DNA of 64,000 nt from Candidatus Woesearchaeota archaeon (lineage in GTDB: Archaea > Nanobdellota > Nanobdellia > Woesearchaeales > 21-14-0-10-32-9), in assembly GCA_047602735.1 (NCBI GenBank), contig JBLKOK010000004.1, positions 81,033 to 145,032 of the forward strand, in the 5' to 3' direction. The notes beneath the pieces are model-generated. The model worked only from the letters and a program-made list of their open reading frames with translations. It ran no database searches and was not told the origin of the DNA. Of this stretch, positions 41,435 to 50,677 are shown piece by piece (position 1 is the first letter of the stretch; every line of letters begins with the position of its first letter). Position numbers and translations under genes: made by a program.

Positions 41435-41958
41435 TTAATTTATTTAAGCTCTCGAATGCTAAAGAAACGTCTTTTTCTTTAATTATAAATGTCATTTTTG
41501 TAAGAGTAGACACTATTTCTACGATATTTATGTTGTTCCAATTAAGTGTTTTTGTAACTAAGTAAAACAACCCTACTGTCTCTATAGATTCTAAAGGTAT
41601 GTTTATAGTTAAACTACTCAAACTTTTTATTTCGTATTTTATTTCTTGTTTAGAGAAAATATTTTTAATATCTTTCAAAAATTTCTCATCACTCATAATC
41701 ATTATTTCATTTAATCCTTGAGTTATAACTAAGTAGTCTCCCTTACTATAATCTACTAACTCGTACAACTTTGAAAGTTTTTTTTTCTAAAGATTTATTT
41801 TTATATAGGGTTATCTCTATTATTTTGCTTCTAATTATTATGTTAGTACTATTGTCAAATTTTATTTTAGAAAGTTTTGTATCTTTTATTTTTTCGCTAT
41901 ATCTTCTTATTGCAAGATTAACTGCGCTGAACTTAATTTCTTTATTGATTTCTTTTTG
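41418..41958 (-). pseudogene. ACT-domain regulator pseudogene (5'-truncated and frameshifted)
   Basis: Upstream frame QKEINKEIKFSAVNLAIRRYSEK...NKSLEKK joins LSKLYELVDY...NINIVEIVSTLT if one base is removed from the T9 tract at 41778-41786; no start codon. Confidence 0.65.
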
Positions 41959-42358
41959 TTAAATTTGTAGTTATCAAAACTATGTTTTCTAGTTCTTCTA
42001 CTTTTTTAAATCTTCCATAAAGTTCAACCAGTAAATTTGTTTTTTCGTATAAGTCATTTATTATTTCGTACAGGTCTTGCATTATATTGAGTTCTTTCTC
42101 AACTACTTTTTCGCTGCTTGTTTCTATGTCGTTTTTTTTATTTTTTATTTGCGCATATATTGCACTAAAGTTAGGTCCTGTTATGTTGCCTGGTTCTCTG
42201 ACAATTCCGAGTAGAAGTTTTAATTTTTTGTTAAATGAATCTAGTTCTTGAATATCTTTCCATAATTCTTTTGTTGCGTTGTTTAGGTCTCCGTAAGGGT
42301 TTTTATCTTTTTGAATTAAATCTTTTAGTTCTCCTATGATTGTGCTTAATAGTCCCAT
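41942..42358 (-). CDS. Hypothetical coiled-coil protein (possibly 3'-truncated)
   Basis: ORF whose 3' end runs into the ACT pseudogene. Confidence 0.5.
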   Translation of the reverse strand: MGLLSTIIGELKDLIQKDKNPYGDLNNATKELWKDIQELDSFNKKLKLLLGIVREPGNITGPNFSAIYAQIKNKKNDIETSSEKVVEKELNIMQDLYEIINDLYEKTNLLVELYGRFKKVEELENIVLITTNLTKRNQ

Positions 42359-42363
42359 TTTTT

Positions 42364-42801
42364 TTATTTTAATTTTTTCATATAAAGAAGTTGTTTTTTT
42401 CTATGATTAAAATAATCAAACACTTCTCCTTTCTTTTCAAAGCCTAGCTTTTCATACATCTTTCTTGCAACAAAATTATCTTCAGATGTATTAACAATAA
42501 CTGATTCGCACTTTCTTTCTAGTCCATACTCAAAAGCTTTCTCAATTAAAGATCTTCCAACTCTTCTTCCTCTATAATTATTAGCTACAAAAATATGGTT
42601 TATTTCAAGCACATAAAGCCTAATACTTAAAGAAATACTTCCAACAACTTCGCTATCATTCAAACACAAAAAACTCATAAAATAACTATTTTCAAATAAC
42701 TCAATATTATAACTTTCATTAGTTGAAGGATCGATATCTTCTTCTCTTAAGAGAAGCTTAATATCTTTTAGGTAAGATTCATTAAATTCAATTATTTTCA
42801 T
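42364..42801 (-). CDS. GNAT family acetyltransferase
   Basis: IFVANNYRGRRVGRSL motif A, N..A..MYEKLGF. Confidence 0.9.
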   Translation of the reverse strand: MKIIEFNESYLKDIKLLLREEDIDPSTNESYNIELFENSYFMSFLCLNDSEVVGSISLSIRLYVLEINHIFVANNYRGRRVGRSLIEKAFEYGLERKCESVIVNTSEDNFVARKMYEKLGFEKKGEVFDYFNHRKKQLLYMKKLK

Positions 42802-42845
42802 TACTATAAAACTTTAAATAATCCTTTAAATAATTATTTGTTTAG

Positions 42846-43754
42846 ATGTTTAAAAAAGTAAATTTAACTAAAAAAGATATTGAGAGTATTTTACAAAATT
42901 ATGACTTGGGTTATTTAGATAAAGCTGAAAAGATAAAAGAAGGAGAAGTAAATACATCATATTACATAAAAACAAATAAGAAAGAAGCGCTCTTAAGAGT
43001 GTACAGACCTAAATTCTCCAAAGAAGAAATAAACTTAGAACACAAACTAATAAAAAAGTTAAAACAAATAAAACAAGTACCAAAGCTATACGAAAACAAA
43101 CAAGGACTTACACTCACAGAATACAAGGAACATAAAATAAGCATATTTGAATACAAAAAAGGAGAAAAAATAGAAGCTAACAACATAAACACTTCACAAT
43201 TAAAAAACTTGGCAAAACTAACTGCAAACATGCATAAAGTATTAGAAGGTTTCAAACCAAAAGAAGCAATAGACAAAGAAGCTATAACAAAAGAATCAGT
43301 AAAACATCACTTAAACAAAATAAAAAATCTTCCAAAAACTAAAAAAGAATATGTTTTAAACGTTTTAAGCGATATAAAATATCCAAAAAACCTCTCGAAA
43401 AGAATAGTCCACGCAGACATGCACCTAGGAAACATGGTTTTTGACGAAAAACAAGTAACGGGTCTATTTGATTTCGATGATTGTTTTTATGGTCCAAAAC
43501 TAATGGACATAGCCTCAATAATAAGATATGTTTGTTTTTATGACAAAAAACTAGATAAAAAAAGAGTAAACATATTCTTAGAAGAATACCAAAAACATAT
43601 AACTCTTTCAAAAACAGAAAAAGCAAACCTTTGGCAAATAACAAGACTATTCAACATAACACACTACGTATACAACTTATACGATGAAAAAAATTGGAAT
43701 AAGAAGCTAAATCATGAGTATTTTGAAGAAGAAATGGAAAATTATATAAATTAA
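42846..43754 (+). CDS. APH/homoserine kinase type II family phosphotransferase
   Basis: EGEVNTSY, LRVY, VHADMHLGN, FDFDD. Confidence 0.88.
   Translation: MFKKVNLTKKDIESILQNYDLGYLDKAEKIKEGEVNTSYYIKTNKKEALLRVYRPKFSKEEINLEHKLIKKLKQIKQVPKLYENKQGLTLTEYKEHKISIFEYKKGEKIEANNINTSQLKNLAKLTANMHKVLEGFKPKEAIDKEAITKESVKHHLNKIKNLPKTKKEYVLNVLSDIKYPKNLSKRIVHADMHLGNMVFDEKQVTGLFDFDDCFYGPKLMDIASIIRYVCFYDKKLDKKRVNIFLEEYQKHITLSKTEKANLWQITRLFNITHYVYNLYDEKNWNKKLNHEYFEEEMENYIN
43258..43735 (+). repeat. Direct repeat copy 1 (about 478 bp; partner at 50186-50663)
   Basis: Colinear with constant offset 6928; identical core with substitutions near both ends. Confidence 0.95.
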
Positions 43755-43771
43755 GTTTATTTAAAAATCCT

Positions 43772-44938
43772 ATGAAATTTATAGATTGGTTATTTAATAA
43801 AACTAGTGAAGATAAATATATAGAAAACGTTTGTCAACTGAACTGGTTTTTTGAAAAGGTTTCTGAATTACTTTTTTTTCTGAAAAAGCAGATAGATGAA
43901 CTGGAAAAAAAAGAGTCTGATGTGCTGGATGAGTTGGAAAAACGCAATCTTAGTCCTGCTCAATTTGAGGAGTCTTATTATGAAGAAATATTTAAACATT
44001 ATCTTCCGGTATTAAAAAAAAATGTTTCTAGAAATAATAAATACATAGGAAATGTTTCTGGAGACTTATTAGCTTTAATAAAATCTATAAAAAAGTTACA
44101 TGACGAACTTGAATCGGAAAACCTCGATGAACTGGTTAGACTAAGAAGAGAACGAAGAGAAGAACACATATTTTTTAAAAGATTTATTGATTGTTGTGAG
44201 AAGGAAGGTTTAAATGATTTATTAGCTGATTTAAAAAAGTGTATTTCGAACCTTATTAATCATTCTAATACAGATAATTATGAGAATAATGTACTGATTA
44301 TAGAAGCTCTGTTGAAAGAATTGCATTCTACGCTAGAAAAATTAAAAGAAAAATTGGTGAAGTTAATGAATTTATGTAGACCGGAAATTGCTGCACTGAA
44401 TAATTTAGAAGTTCGTTTGAAGAAAAAGTATGAAGAAAAAAATATTGATGTGACTGTTGATAATGTGTCTATAGAATATTATAGAGTATTTGAAATTTTG
44501 AAAAATAGCGATAAAAAAGAATTAAGTGATGAGAATTTACTATCTATCTTATTACTTTTAGGTAAATTAAAAAAAGTTCAATTTGAGCCATGTACTCAAC
44601 AAGAAATTGAGGCTCTAGGTTTAATTGCTCATGGAAATCAGGTGAAATTTGGACATAACTATTTATTTTTATATAAAGGCGACTTTGGAAAGGGTAAAAA
44701 ATACTTTACCATTGATAGAGATGCTCATTTATACTACTTAAGGTTTAATTATACAGAGAATCAACAAACAATAAACTGTTACGTATCCTCAATCCCTAGT
44801 CATGTAGATATTCAGATTGGAGGACACAGACATAAAAAGGAAGATATAAAAGGTGTGTTTGACGATTTTTTAAAAGATATTAGGTCTTCTTTGCTGGTTA
44901 AAGTAGATGGAGTGAGTTATGAGTTTGAGCAGCAATAG
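43772..44938 (+). CDS. Hypothetical protein, coiled-coil plus globular C-terminus
   Basis: 388-aa ORF starting MKFIDWLFNK. Confidence 0.65.
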   Translation: MKFIDWLFNKTSEDKYIENVCQLNWFFEKVSELLFFLKKQIDELEKKESDVLDELEKRNLSPAQFEESYYEEIFKHYLPVLKKNVSRNNKYIGNVSGDLLALIKSIKKLHDELESENLDELVRLRRERREEHIFFKRFIDCCEKEGLNDLLADLKKCISNLINHSNTDNYENNVLIIEALLKELHSTLEKLKEKLVKLMNLCRPEIAALNNLEVRLKKKYEEKNIDVTVDNVSIEYYRVFEILKNSDKKELSDENLLSILLLLGKLKKVQFEPCTQQEIEALGLIAHGNQVKFGHNYLFLYKGDFGKGKKYFTIDRDAHLYYLRFNYTENQQTINCYVSSIPSHVDIQIGGHRHKKEDIKGVFDDFLKDIRSSLLVKVDGVSYEFEQQ

Positions 44939-44961
44939 TTTAATATATTTCTGATAGGGCG

Positions 44962-45798
44962 TTAATGAGTGTGATTTTTAATAATGTTAACAAGATCATC
45001 ATTAATTTTGTTGAACCTCATTTTAAATCCTTCGTTTGGGTTTGATATTGAAAATAAAGATAGTTTACTGAATTGTAGTTCTGTTCTCAAAAATAGTTTT
45101 TCTAGGTTGGCTGTGTTTATTATATTGTCTGAATCAAAAATGTGGGTGAAAAAGTATGGTTCTTGACCTCTAAGATGAGCAGGTTGTCTTTTATATATGT
45201 CAACTTGCCAATATGCATCAAAAAAATTAATGGCTTGTTTGTAATCTCCTACTAAATGTAAAGAATGTCTATCTTTAGACTTATTTTTATATTTAATATC
45301 GGCTATTATGTTTTCTTCGTCATAAATCAGTTCTTTGTTTTTTGATTCAGGGAATATTATTGAATGAATTATTTGTTCCTCTTTGTAAAAATCTAGTATC
45401 TCTTCAAATAAATTTCTGAATTTGTTAATATTCTTTTTTAAAGCCGTGTCATCTCTTTCTAATTTGTTGTCTTCGTATTTGTCATTTAATATCAGTCCTG
45501 CATTTCTAGTGCACAATTTTTCTCTGTGATATAAATTTACATCGTATCCTTTGAAAGATTCAGACGGATTTTGCTGAGCAAAAACATATTCCTTTTTATA
45601 TATTGATTTATGGTTTATAGGATTATCAATGTCTTTTGCGTTTTCAAAGAATAAATGATATCCTTCTGGATGTGGTTTATAATTTGATTCTTCTCTACCT
45701 ATTCTATATATATTTGGTTTAATTTCGGATGATTCTTTTTTATCTGAACTGTTTATCCTTGATTTTGATTCTAAACGATATATTTTATCTGATTCCAT
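44962..45798 (-). CDS. Hypothetical protein
   Basis: 278-aa ORF 4 nt downstream of the RtcB-like gene. Confidence 0.6.
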   Translation of the reverse strand: MESDKIYRLESKSRINSSDKKESSEIKPNIYRIGREESNYKPHPEGYHLFFENAKDIDNPINHKSIYKKEYVFAQQNPSESFKGYDVNLYHREKLCTRNAGLILNDKYEDNKLERDDTALKKNINKFRNLFEEILDFYKEEQIIHSIIFPESKNKELIYDEENIIADIKYKNKSKDRHSLHLVGDYKQAINFFDAYWQVDIYKRQPAHLRGQEPYFFTHIFDSDNIINTANLEKLFLRTELQFSKLSLFSISNPNEGFKMRFNKINDDLVNIIKNHTH

Positions 45799-45802
45799 TT
45801 TA

Positions 45803-46834
45803 TCAATTTTCCATTATCACTGATATAGGTTTTAATCTTGCAACTTTTTTTACCAGTCCTTGTTCTTGTAAATAGTTTACTATAGGTGTTGAACTTCTAT
45901 ATGCTGCAGGAGCTTGCTCTATTGCATTAGAGTAAGGTACGTTTAATGAAACATCTCTAAACATTTTTTCTACATCTTTTTTTCCAAATCTTCTTTTAGT
46001 TTTGCTCGTATCCATTAATCTTCCGCATCCGTGATTAATCGTGTCTAAACTTTCGTGTAGTTCTCTGCCTGGTGATACTATATAGCTAAAATCTGTAGGA
46101 TTGCCTGCAATTATTGCTAAGCCATTTTCAAATTCTTGAGTTCCTTTTTGAACTCTATAATAATCGCCAAATTCCACGATTTGATTATGTGGTGTGTTTA
46201 TTAGCTCTTCATATGAAATATTGTGCTCGTACTTGGATTTAAAATATTGTAGGGCTGTTTGTGTAAGATTATCTCTATTTTTTTTAGCTAAATCAACCTT
46301 TCTTTTAAAATCTTTAATATATGCTGAATTATTAATTGATTGGTTTTTGTGTTTTAAAAACGTTTTATAACCTTCTTCTCCACTACCGCTATGAACAAAA
46401 ATAAAAATATTATTTTTAAAATGTTTATGTTGTTTTGAGTAAACTATATCTGGAATCATTATATCTACAAAATGATTTCCTTTTCCTATGAAATGGTTAT
46501 AATTAGTCGTTATTAAGTCACTAAGCTCTTTAGTAAGCCTATCTGTTTTTTTTTTATTAATACTTTTCTTTTTTTGAAAAGTTTCGGGGTTTATCTTCAC
46601 GCTGGTAAGTTTATACCCGCAACCTATATCGTGGCCAATAAAACTAGGATCTAGAAATTCTGATGTGCTTATAATACTTGTCGAGCCTGTTGGCAAGCCT
46701 ATATTTGGATTTATATCTGGAAAGAATATTTGATAATCTATTTTGTGTTTTCTTTTTATATCTTCGTTAATACCAAGTGCTTTTCTGGCGCCTACTGATT
46801 TAATTATGTCTTCGGGTATGAAATATTTTTCCAT
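45803..46834 (-). CDS. Compact RtcB-family RNA ligase
   Basis: FPD, GHDIGCG, GNHF, VHSGS, HN, NHGCGR, EQAPAAYR; ATG 46834 lies 30 nt from TTTATAAA. Confidence 0.85.
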   Translation of the reverse strand: MEKYFIPEDIIKSVGARKALGINEDIKRKHKIDYQIFFPDINPNIGLPTGSTSIISTSEFLDPSFIGHDIGCGYKLTSVKINPETFQKKKSINKKKTDRLTKELSDLITTNYNHFIGKGNHFVDIMIPDIVYSKQHKHFKNNIFIFVHSGSGEEGYKTFLKHKNQSINNSAYIKDFKRKVDLAKKNRDNLTQTALQYFKSKYEHNISYEELINTPHNQIVEFGDYYRVQKGTQEFENGLAIIAGNPTDFSYIVSPGRELHESLDTINHGCGRLMDTSKTKRRFGKKDVEKMFRDVSLNVPYSNAIEQAPAAYRSSTPIVNYLQEQGLVKKVARLKPISVIMEN

Positions 46835-46919
46835 GCAAAAAAGTATTACTTCTTTTTTTATAAACATTACTATTTTCACAACCAACTAGTAGTGTTAAAA
46901 AATAAAAAAATAAAAAAAG

Positions 46920-48158
46920 TTAATTTCTAAACGAATCTTTCACCATTTGACTGATTTCATTTACAGAGTATCTATCTGCAGGGCTTTTGCCTTCATCAAG
47001 TATTCTGTATACAGGTCTCAAAGCATCGTCAACGCTTCTAGCATCGTATCCAAGACTAATAAGACCTTCTCTAGCATTTAAAGCCTTATCTTTAGCCACA
47101 TCTAAAGTAGATCTAAATCTGCCTCCTTCATCAATCATAACGCCTTCAAGTCCATCTTTTAGAGCTGATTCTCTATTAAACCTAAGGTTTTCCATTGATT
47201 GAAGCTTTGATTCGTACTCTAAAAGCCCTATGTACATTAAAGTCGCTGCAACATCTTCCTTCGCGCTTTGCTGAGAGCTCAAACTCCTCATCTCCACAAG
47301 TGGTAAGTAGCCATTTGACTTTTCAACAAACTTAATTCTTGCATCATGCCAATTAAGACCTATACCTATCTCAAAAGCTGCAGGCTCATGATCCAAAATA
47401 AATGGATGTGAGCTAACTCTTGTAAAGTAATCTTCTATACTACTAAAGTACCTTTTTGGAAGACCTATTCTAGTTTCTTTATCTTCATTTCTTTCAACAC
47501 TATTTCTAGTATCGTGAGTCTCTTCCCAAACCTTTACTCTACAGTCTTTAAAACCACTTTCTTTGGAATTTATGTACTTTGCATTTCCAAAAATAGCTAC
47601 AAGGTATGGACTTATACTCAAACTTTTATTCAACTTATCTACAGCATCATCAACTGACTTGCAATCAACATTAAGCTGCAGAGCGTTAAACAGTCCTACG
47701 TGCCTTGCATCAAGCTCAGGAAACAAAGTCTTAAACTCCTTAGACACTCTTTCATTGTTAAAAGAAGGCACTTTCTCGTACTTGTCTTCGTTTGGAGTTA
47801 TTGCAAAATCTTTCAAGTTCAGATTTGGTATGCTTCCAACACTAGATACTTTTTGCTTTATCTTGCTAAGCGTATTGCCAAGATCTGTTAAGTAAGAATC
47901 TTTAAAGCCTTCTAAACTTCTAATTAAAAGAGGATCAGTTACAACCTCTATTTGATGATGTCCAAGCTCTTTTGCAATCTTTCTATCCTTAACGTCTTGT
48001 CTAGTGGCAGGTTTTGCATTTTCATCAAACACTCCAAGTTCAAGCTCTATTCCAACTTTTGGAACAGACTCTTTAGATCCTACAACTCTTGACAAAACTT
48101 TTTTTGACTTCTCATCAAAAGCCTTTTTCATTCTCTTCTCAAGATCTAAAGATGTCAT
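46920..48158 (-). CDS. Glutamate-cysteine ligase family 2 (GCS2/YbdK-like) carboxylate-amine ligase
   Basis: GIELE, ELGHHQIEV, LQLN, WHDARIK, VEMR. Confidence 0.78.
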   Translation of the reverse strand: MTSLDLEKRMKKAFDEKSKKVLSRVVGSKESVPKVGIELELGVFDENAKPATRQDVKDRKIAKELGHHQIEVVTDPLLIRSLEGFKDSYLTDLGNTLSKIKQKVSSVGSIPNLNLKDFAITPNEDKYEKVPSFNNERVSKEFKTLFPELDARHVGLFNALQLNVDCKSVDDAVDKLNKSLSISPYLVAIFGNAKYINSKESGFKDCRVKVWEETHDTRNSVERNEDKETRIGLPKRYFSSIEDYFTRVSSHPFILDHEPAAFEIGIGLNWHDARIKFVEKSNGYLPLVEMRSLSSQQSAKEDVAATLMYIGLLEYESKLQSMENLRFNRESALKDGLEGVMIDEGGRFRSTLDVAKDKALNAREGLISLGYDARSVDDALRPVYRILDEGKSPADRYSVNEISQMVKDSFRN

Positions 48159-48955
48159 TTTCGCTCACCTACTCCTACTAAGAAATCATCTTTTTTACAG
48201 ACCTTACAGTTACTAACTTGCATAACTTCTCCACTTAAAGGCGATTTAACTGCAACCTTTCTACTGCCTACTAATACGTGGCCTAAGACTTCTCCTTTAA
48301 TAACGCTCTTACTAGGACTTACCCTTGCAACAAACAGTCCTTTACTTGGAGAAACTACTTTAATTCTGCTCAAAGTCTTCCTCAAAGTCTTAACAGCCAA
48401 CCCATTTTTAATTAGCACCGCAACAACTCTTTTTGCAACTAAGCTTACTTCTCCTTGCCTTAAATTACTAAGACAATTCATCTCAACTGCAAAATTGCTA
48501 ATTCCAATCTTACTTAAATTAACACCAATTGAGCCATCAAACTCGCTACTAATTTGCCAAATTTGCTCAGGTCCAAAAACTTCAACGTTTTCATCAAAAT
48601 CTTTAAACTGTATGCAAGTAAGCTTTGTCTTTGAATGAAAACAATGCAAATCAATAACTAAATCTGCTCCTTTCAAAAAACTAGCCAACTTAAAAGCTAA
48701 CCTTTCTTCGTGATCTCCACTTTCTTTGCCGGGAAACACCCTATTTAAATCGCTGTCAACAAACCTTTTATTTTGTTTTAAAGCCAAATTGTTAACTTTA
48801 ACTATTTCAAGTGTTCCTTTACTTACTTTACTTTCCTTAATTTTTTCTGCTACAAGTAAAGGGCTATGCTCATCTCCATGAACTCCAACTAGCAAAACAA
48901 CTCTTGGGTTGCCTTTGCCTAAACTTGTAATTTGCAGACTATCGTCTATATTCAT
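48155..48955 (-). CDS. Succinylglutamate desuccinylase/aspartoacylase (M14-like) with C-terminal barrel-sandwich domain
   Basis: GVHGDE, RFVDSDLNRVFPG, DLH, VE; AGGTGA RBS before ATG 48955; ATGA overlap with the GCS2 gene. Confidence 0.88.
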   Translation of the reverse strand: MNIDDSLQITSLGKGNPRVVLLVGVHGDEHSPLLVAEKIKESKVSKGTLEIVKVNNLALKQNKRFVDSDLNRVFPGKESGDHEERLAFKLASFLKGADLVIDLHCFHSKTKLTCIQFKDFDENVEVFGPEQIWQISSEFDGSIGVNLSKIGISNFAVEMNCLSNLRQGEVSLVAKRVVAVLIKNGLAVKTLRKTLSRIKVVSPSKGLFVARVSPSKSVIKGEVLGHVLVGSRKVAVKSPLSGEVMQVSNCKVCKKDDFLVGVGERK

Positions 48956-49008
48956 ATTAATCACCTATATATCATCTAAATTTTGTTGTAATAACCTTAC
49001 TTTAAAGA

Positions 49009-49083
49009 AAAAATAGCTTTTCGCGAGCACAAATTAAACTGTCTACTCCAGATTTAATTGTTTTCTCACTTAACACTATTTTT
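49009..49083 (-). promoter_or_regulatory. Long multi-stem hairpin downstream of leader peptide 1
   Basis: AAAAATAG/CTATTTTT, GTGAG/CTCGC, AATTAAA/TTTAATT, CTG/CAG with a 7-nt loop; 3' arm runs into a T-rich tract. Confidence 0.6.
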
Positions 49084-49087
49084 AGCA

Positions 49088-49159
49088 TTAAGCAAAATAG
49101 AAATAATCATAGCTAAAGCTAACTAATTGGTCTGTGTCATTTAATTTTTTAGCTATCAT
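49088..49159 (-). CDS. 23-aa leader/precursor peptide 1: MIAKKLNDTDQLVSFSYDYFYFA
   Basis: TATA box about 30 nt upstream of the ATG; paralog of identical length at 51762-51833. Confidence 0.65.
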   Translation of the reverse strand: MIAKKLNDTDQLVSFSYDYFYFA

Positions 49160-49195
49160 AAAAATAGTGAAATGACTAACCATTTATATATTTTG

Positions 49196-49215
49196 TTATT
49201 ACTAAAAAGTAATTA
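49196..49215. promoter_or_regulatory. Palindromic operator-like site (TTATTACT-aaaa-AGTAATTA)
   Basis: Lies between divergent TATA boxes; related sites occur at five other promoters. Confidence 0.55.
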
Positions 49216-49257
49216 AATAATAGAAAAGTATATAAATTATTGTCACTATCTAGTAGT

Positions 49258-50673
49258 ATGGATGATTTGGAAAGTAGATTAAAACAAGAATTTGATGACT
49301 CGCCTGTTGTCAGATCCCTTGTCAAAGACAAAAAACTCTTCTTAATAGATAGCAATATAAACAATTCAAACAAAAAAACAGATGAAAACATAAAAAAAAT
49401 AAAACAATACACAAAAGAAACCTACGACAAAGAACCTGAAGTTGAAATAATGGATTACTATTCATTTATTGAATCAAGTTTAGGAATGAGTTTTTCAGAA
49501 TATTTGCAAAAAACAAAAGACTTATCTGCTCATGAAACAGCAAAATTTGCAAAAGAGCAACTAGAAAAATCAAACTTTAACCCAGATGATGGAGTATACT
49601 TAGTAAACCAAAACTCAATAGTAAATGGAGTTTCTAAAAACAAACACGAGCTCACTAAAGATGCCATACTAAACAAAGTACTAGCATCATATTTAGCAAA
49701 AAAAGGTGCTGACTCAACACTTTTAACGCTTGACGAAGAATCAGCACTTACAAATTCTAATGTTTCGCTATCAAAACCTTTTAATGCAGATATATATACT
49801 ATAAATAAATTTTACAAAATAGGGTTATACAACTCATTAGACATGCTAAGGGATAACTCTGCAAAAGCTCACCACGATCTTTTAGCTTACAAAAATAGCA
49901 GATTTATAGAAAACTTAGCAGGATCATTTAGCACAACAAACCTGCAGAGCACAATCCCAAAAAAATTCGCATTTATAACTAACAAAATAAAAAAAACAGG
50001 AAAATTTGACGTTATATCTTTAAACGAAAGATTAGAAAATATAGATTTTAGTAAATACTCTGCTCTGTTCATAGATAACACTTGGAATTCTGATGAAAAC
50101 AATGATTCGAAAATAGGAGGTGGGTTTGAATTCTTAAAAAAACTAGGAATAGAAATAATACTTTGTGCAAACACACCAAGAAAAGCAAAAGAAGCAATAA
50201 ACAAAGAAGCCATAACAAAAGAATCAGTAAAACACCACCTAAACAAAATAAAAAATCTTCCAAAAACTAAAAAAGAATATGTTTTAAACGTTTTAAGCGA
50301 TATAAAATATCCAAAAAACCTCTCGAAAAGAATAGTCCACGCAGACATGCACCTAGGAAACATGGTTTTTGACGAAAAACAAGTAACGGGTCTATTTGAT
50401 TTCGATGATTGTTTTTATGGTCCAAAACTAATGGACATAGCCTCAATAATAAGATATGTTTGTTTTTATGACAAAAAACTAGATAAAAAAAGAGTAAACA
50501 TATTCTTAGAAGAATACCAAAAATACGCGGCGCTTTCAAAAACAGAAAAAGCAAACCTTTGGCAAATAACAAGACTATTCAACATAATACACTACGTATA
50601 CAACTTATATGATGAAAATAATTGGAAAATAAAGAAAAACCACGAGTATTTTGAAGAAGAAATAAAAAAATAA
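49258..50673 (+). CDS. Chimeric protein: N-terminus paralogous to 51936 ORF (partial REC-like) fused to duplicated APH-kinase C-lobe
   Basis: NLQSTIP..FAFIT.K...GKF.VI and ALFIDN are shared with the 51936 ORF; C-terminal about 160 aa is nearly identical to 42846-43754. Confidence 0.75.
   Translation: MDDLESRLKQEFDDSPVVRSLVKDKKLFLIDSNINNSNKKTDENIKKIKQYTKETYDKEPEVEIMDYYSFIESSLGMSFSEYLQKTKDLSAHETAKFAKEQLEKSNFNPDDGVYLVNQNSIVNGVSKNKHELTKDAILNKVLASYLAKKGADSTLLTLDEESALTNSNVSLSKPFNADIYTINKFYKIGLYNSLDMLRDNSAKAHHDLLAYKNSRFIENLAGSFSTTNLQSTIPKKFAFITNKIKKTGKFDVISLNERLENIDFSKYSALFIDNTWNSDENNDSKIGGGFEFLKKLGIEIILCANTPRKAKEAINKEAITKESVKHHLNKIKNLPKTKKEYVLNVLSDIKYPKNLSKRIVHADMHLGNMVFDEKQVTGLFDFDDCFYGPKLMDIASIIRYVCFYDKKLDKKRVNIFLEEYQKYAALSKTEKANLWQITRLFNIIHYVYNLYDENNWKIKKNHEYFEEEIKK
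50186..50663 (+). repeat. Direct repeat copy 2
   Basis: Matches 43258-43735. Confidence 0.95.
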
Positions 50674-50677
50674 AAAA

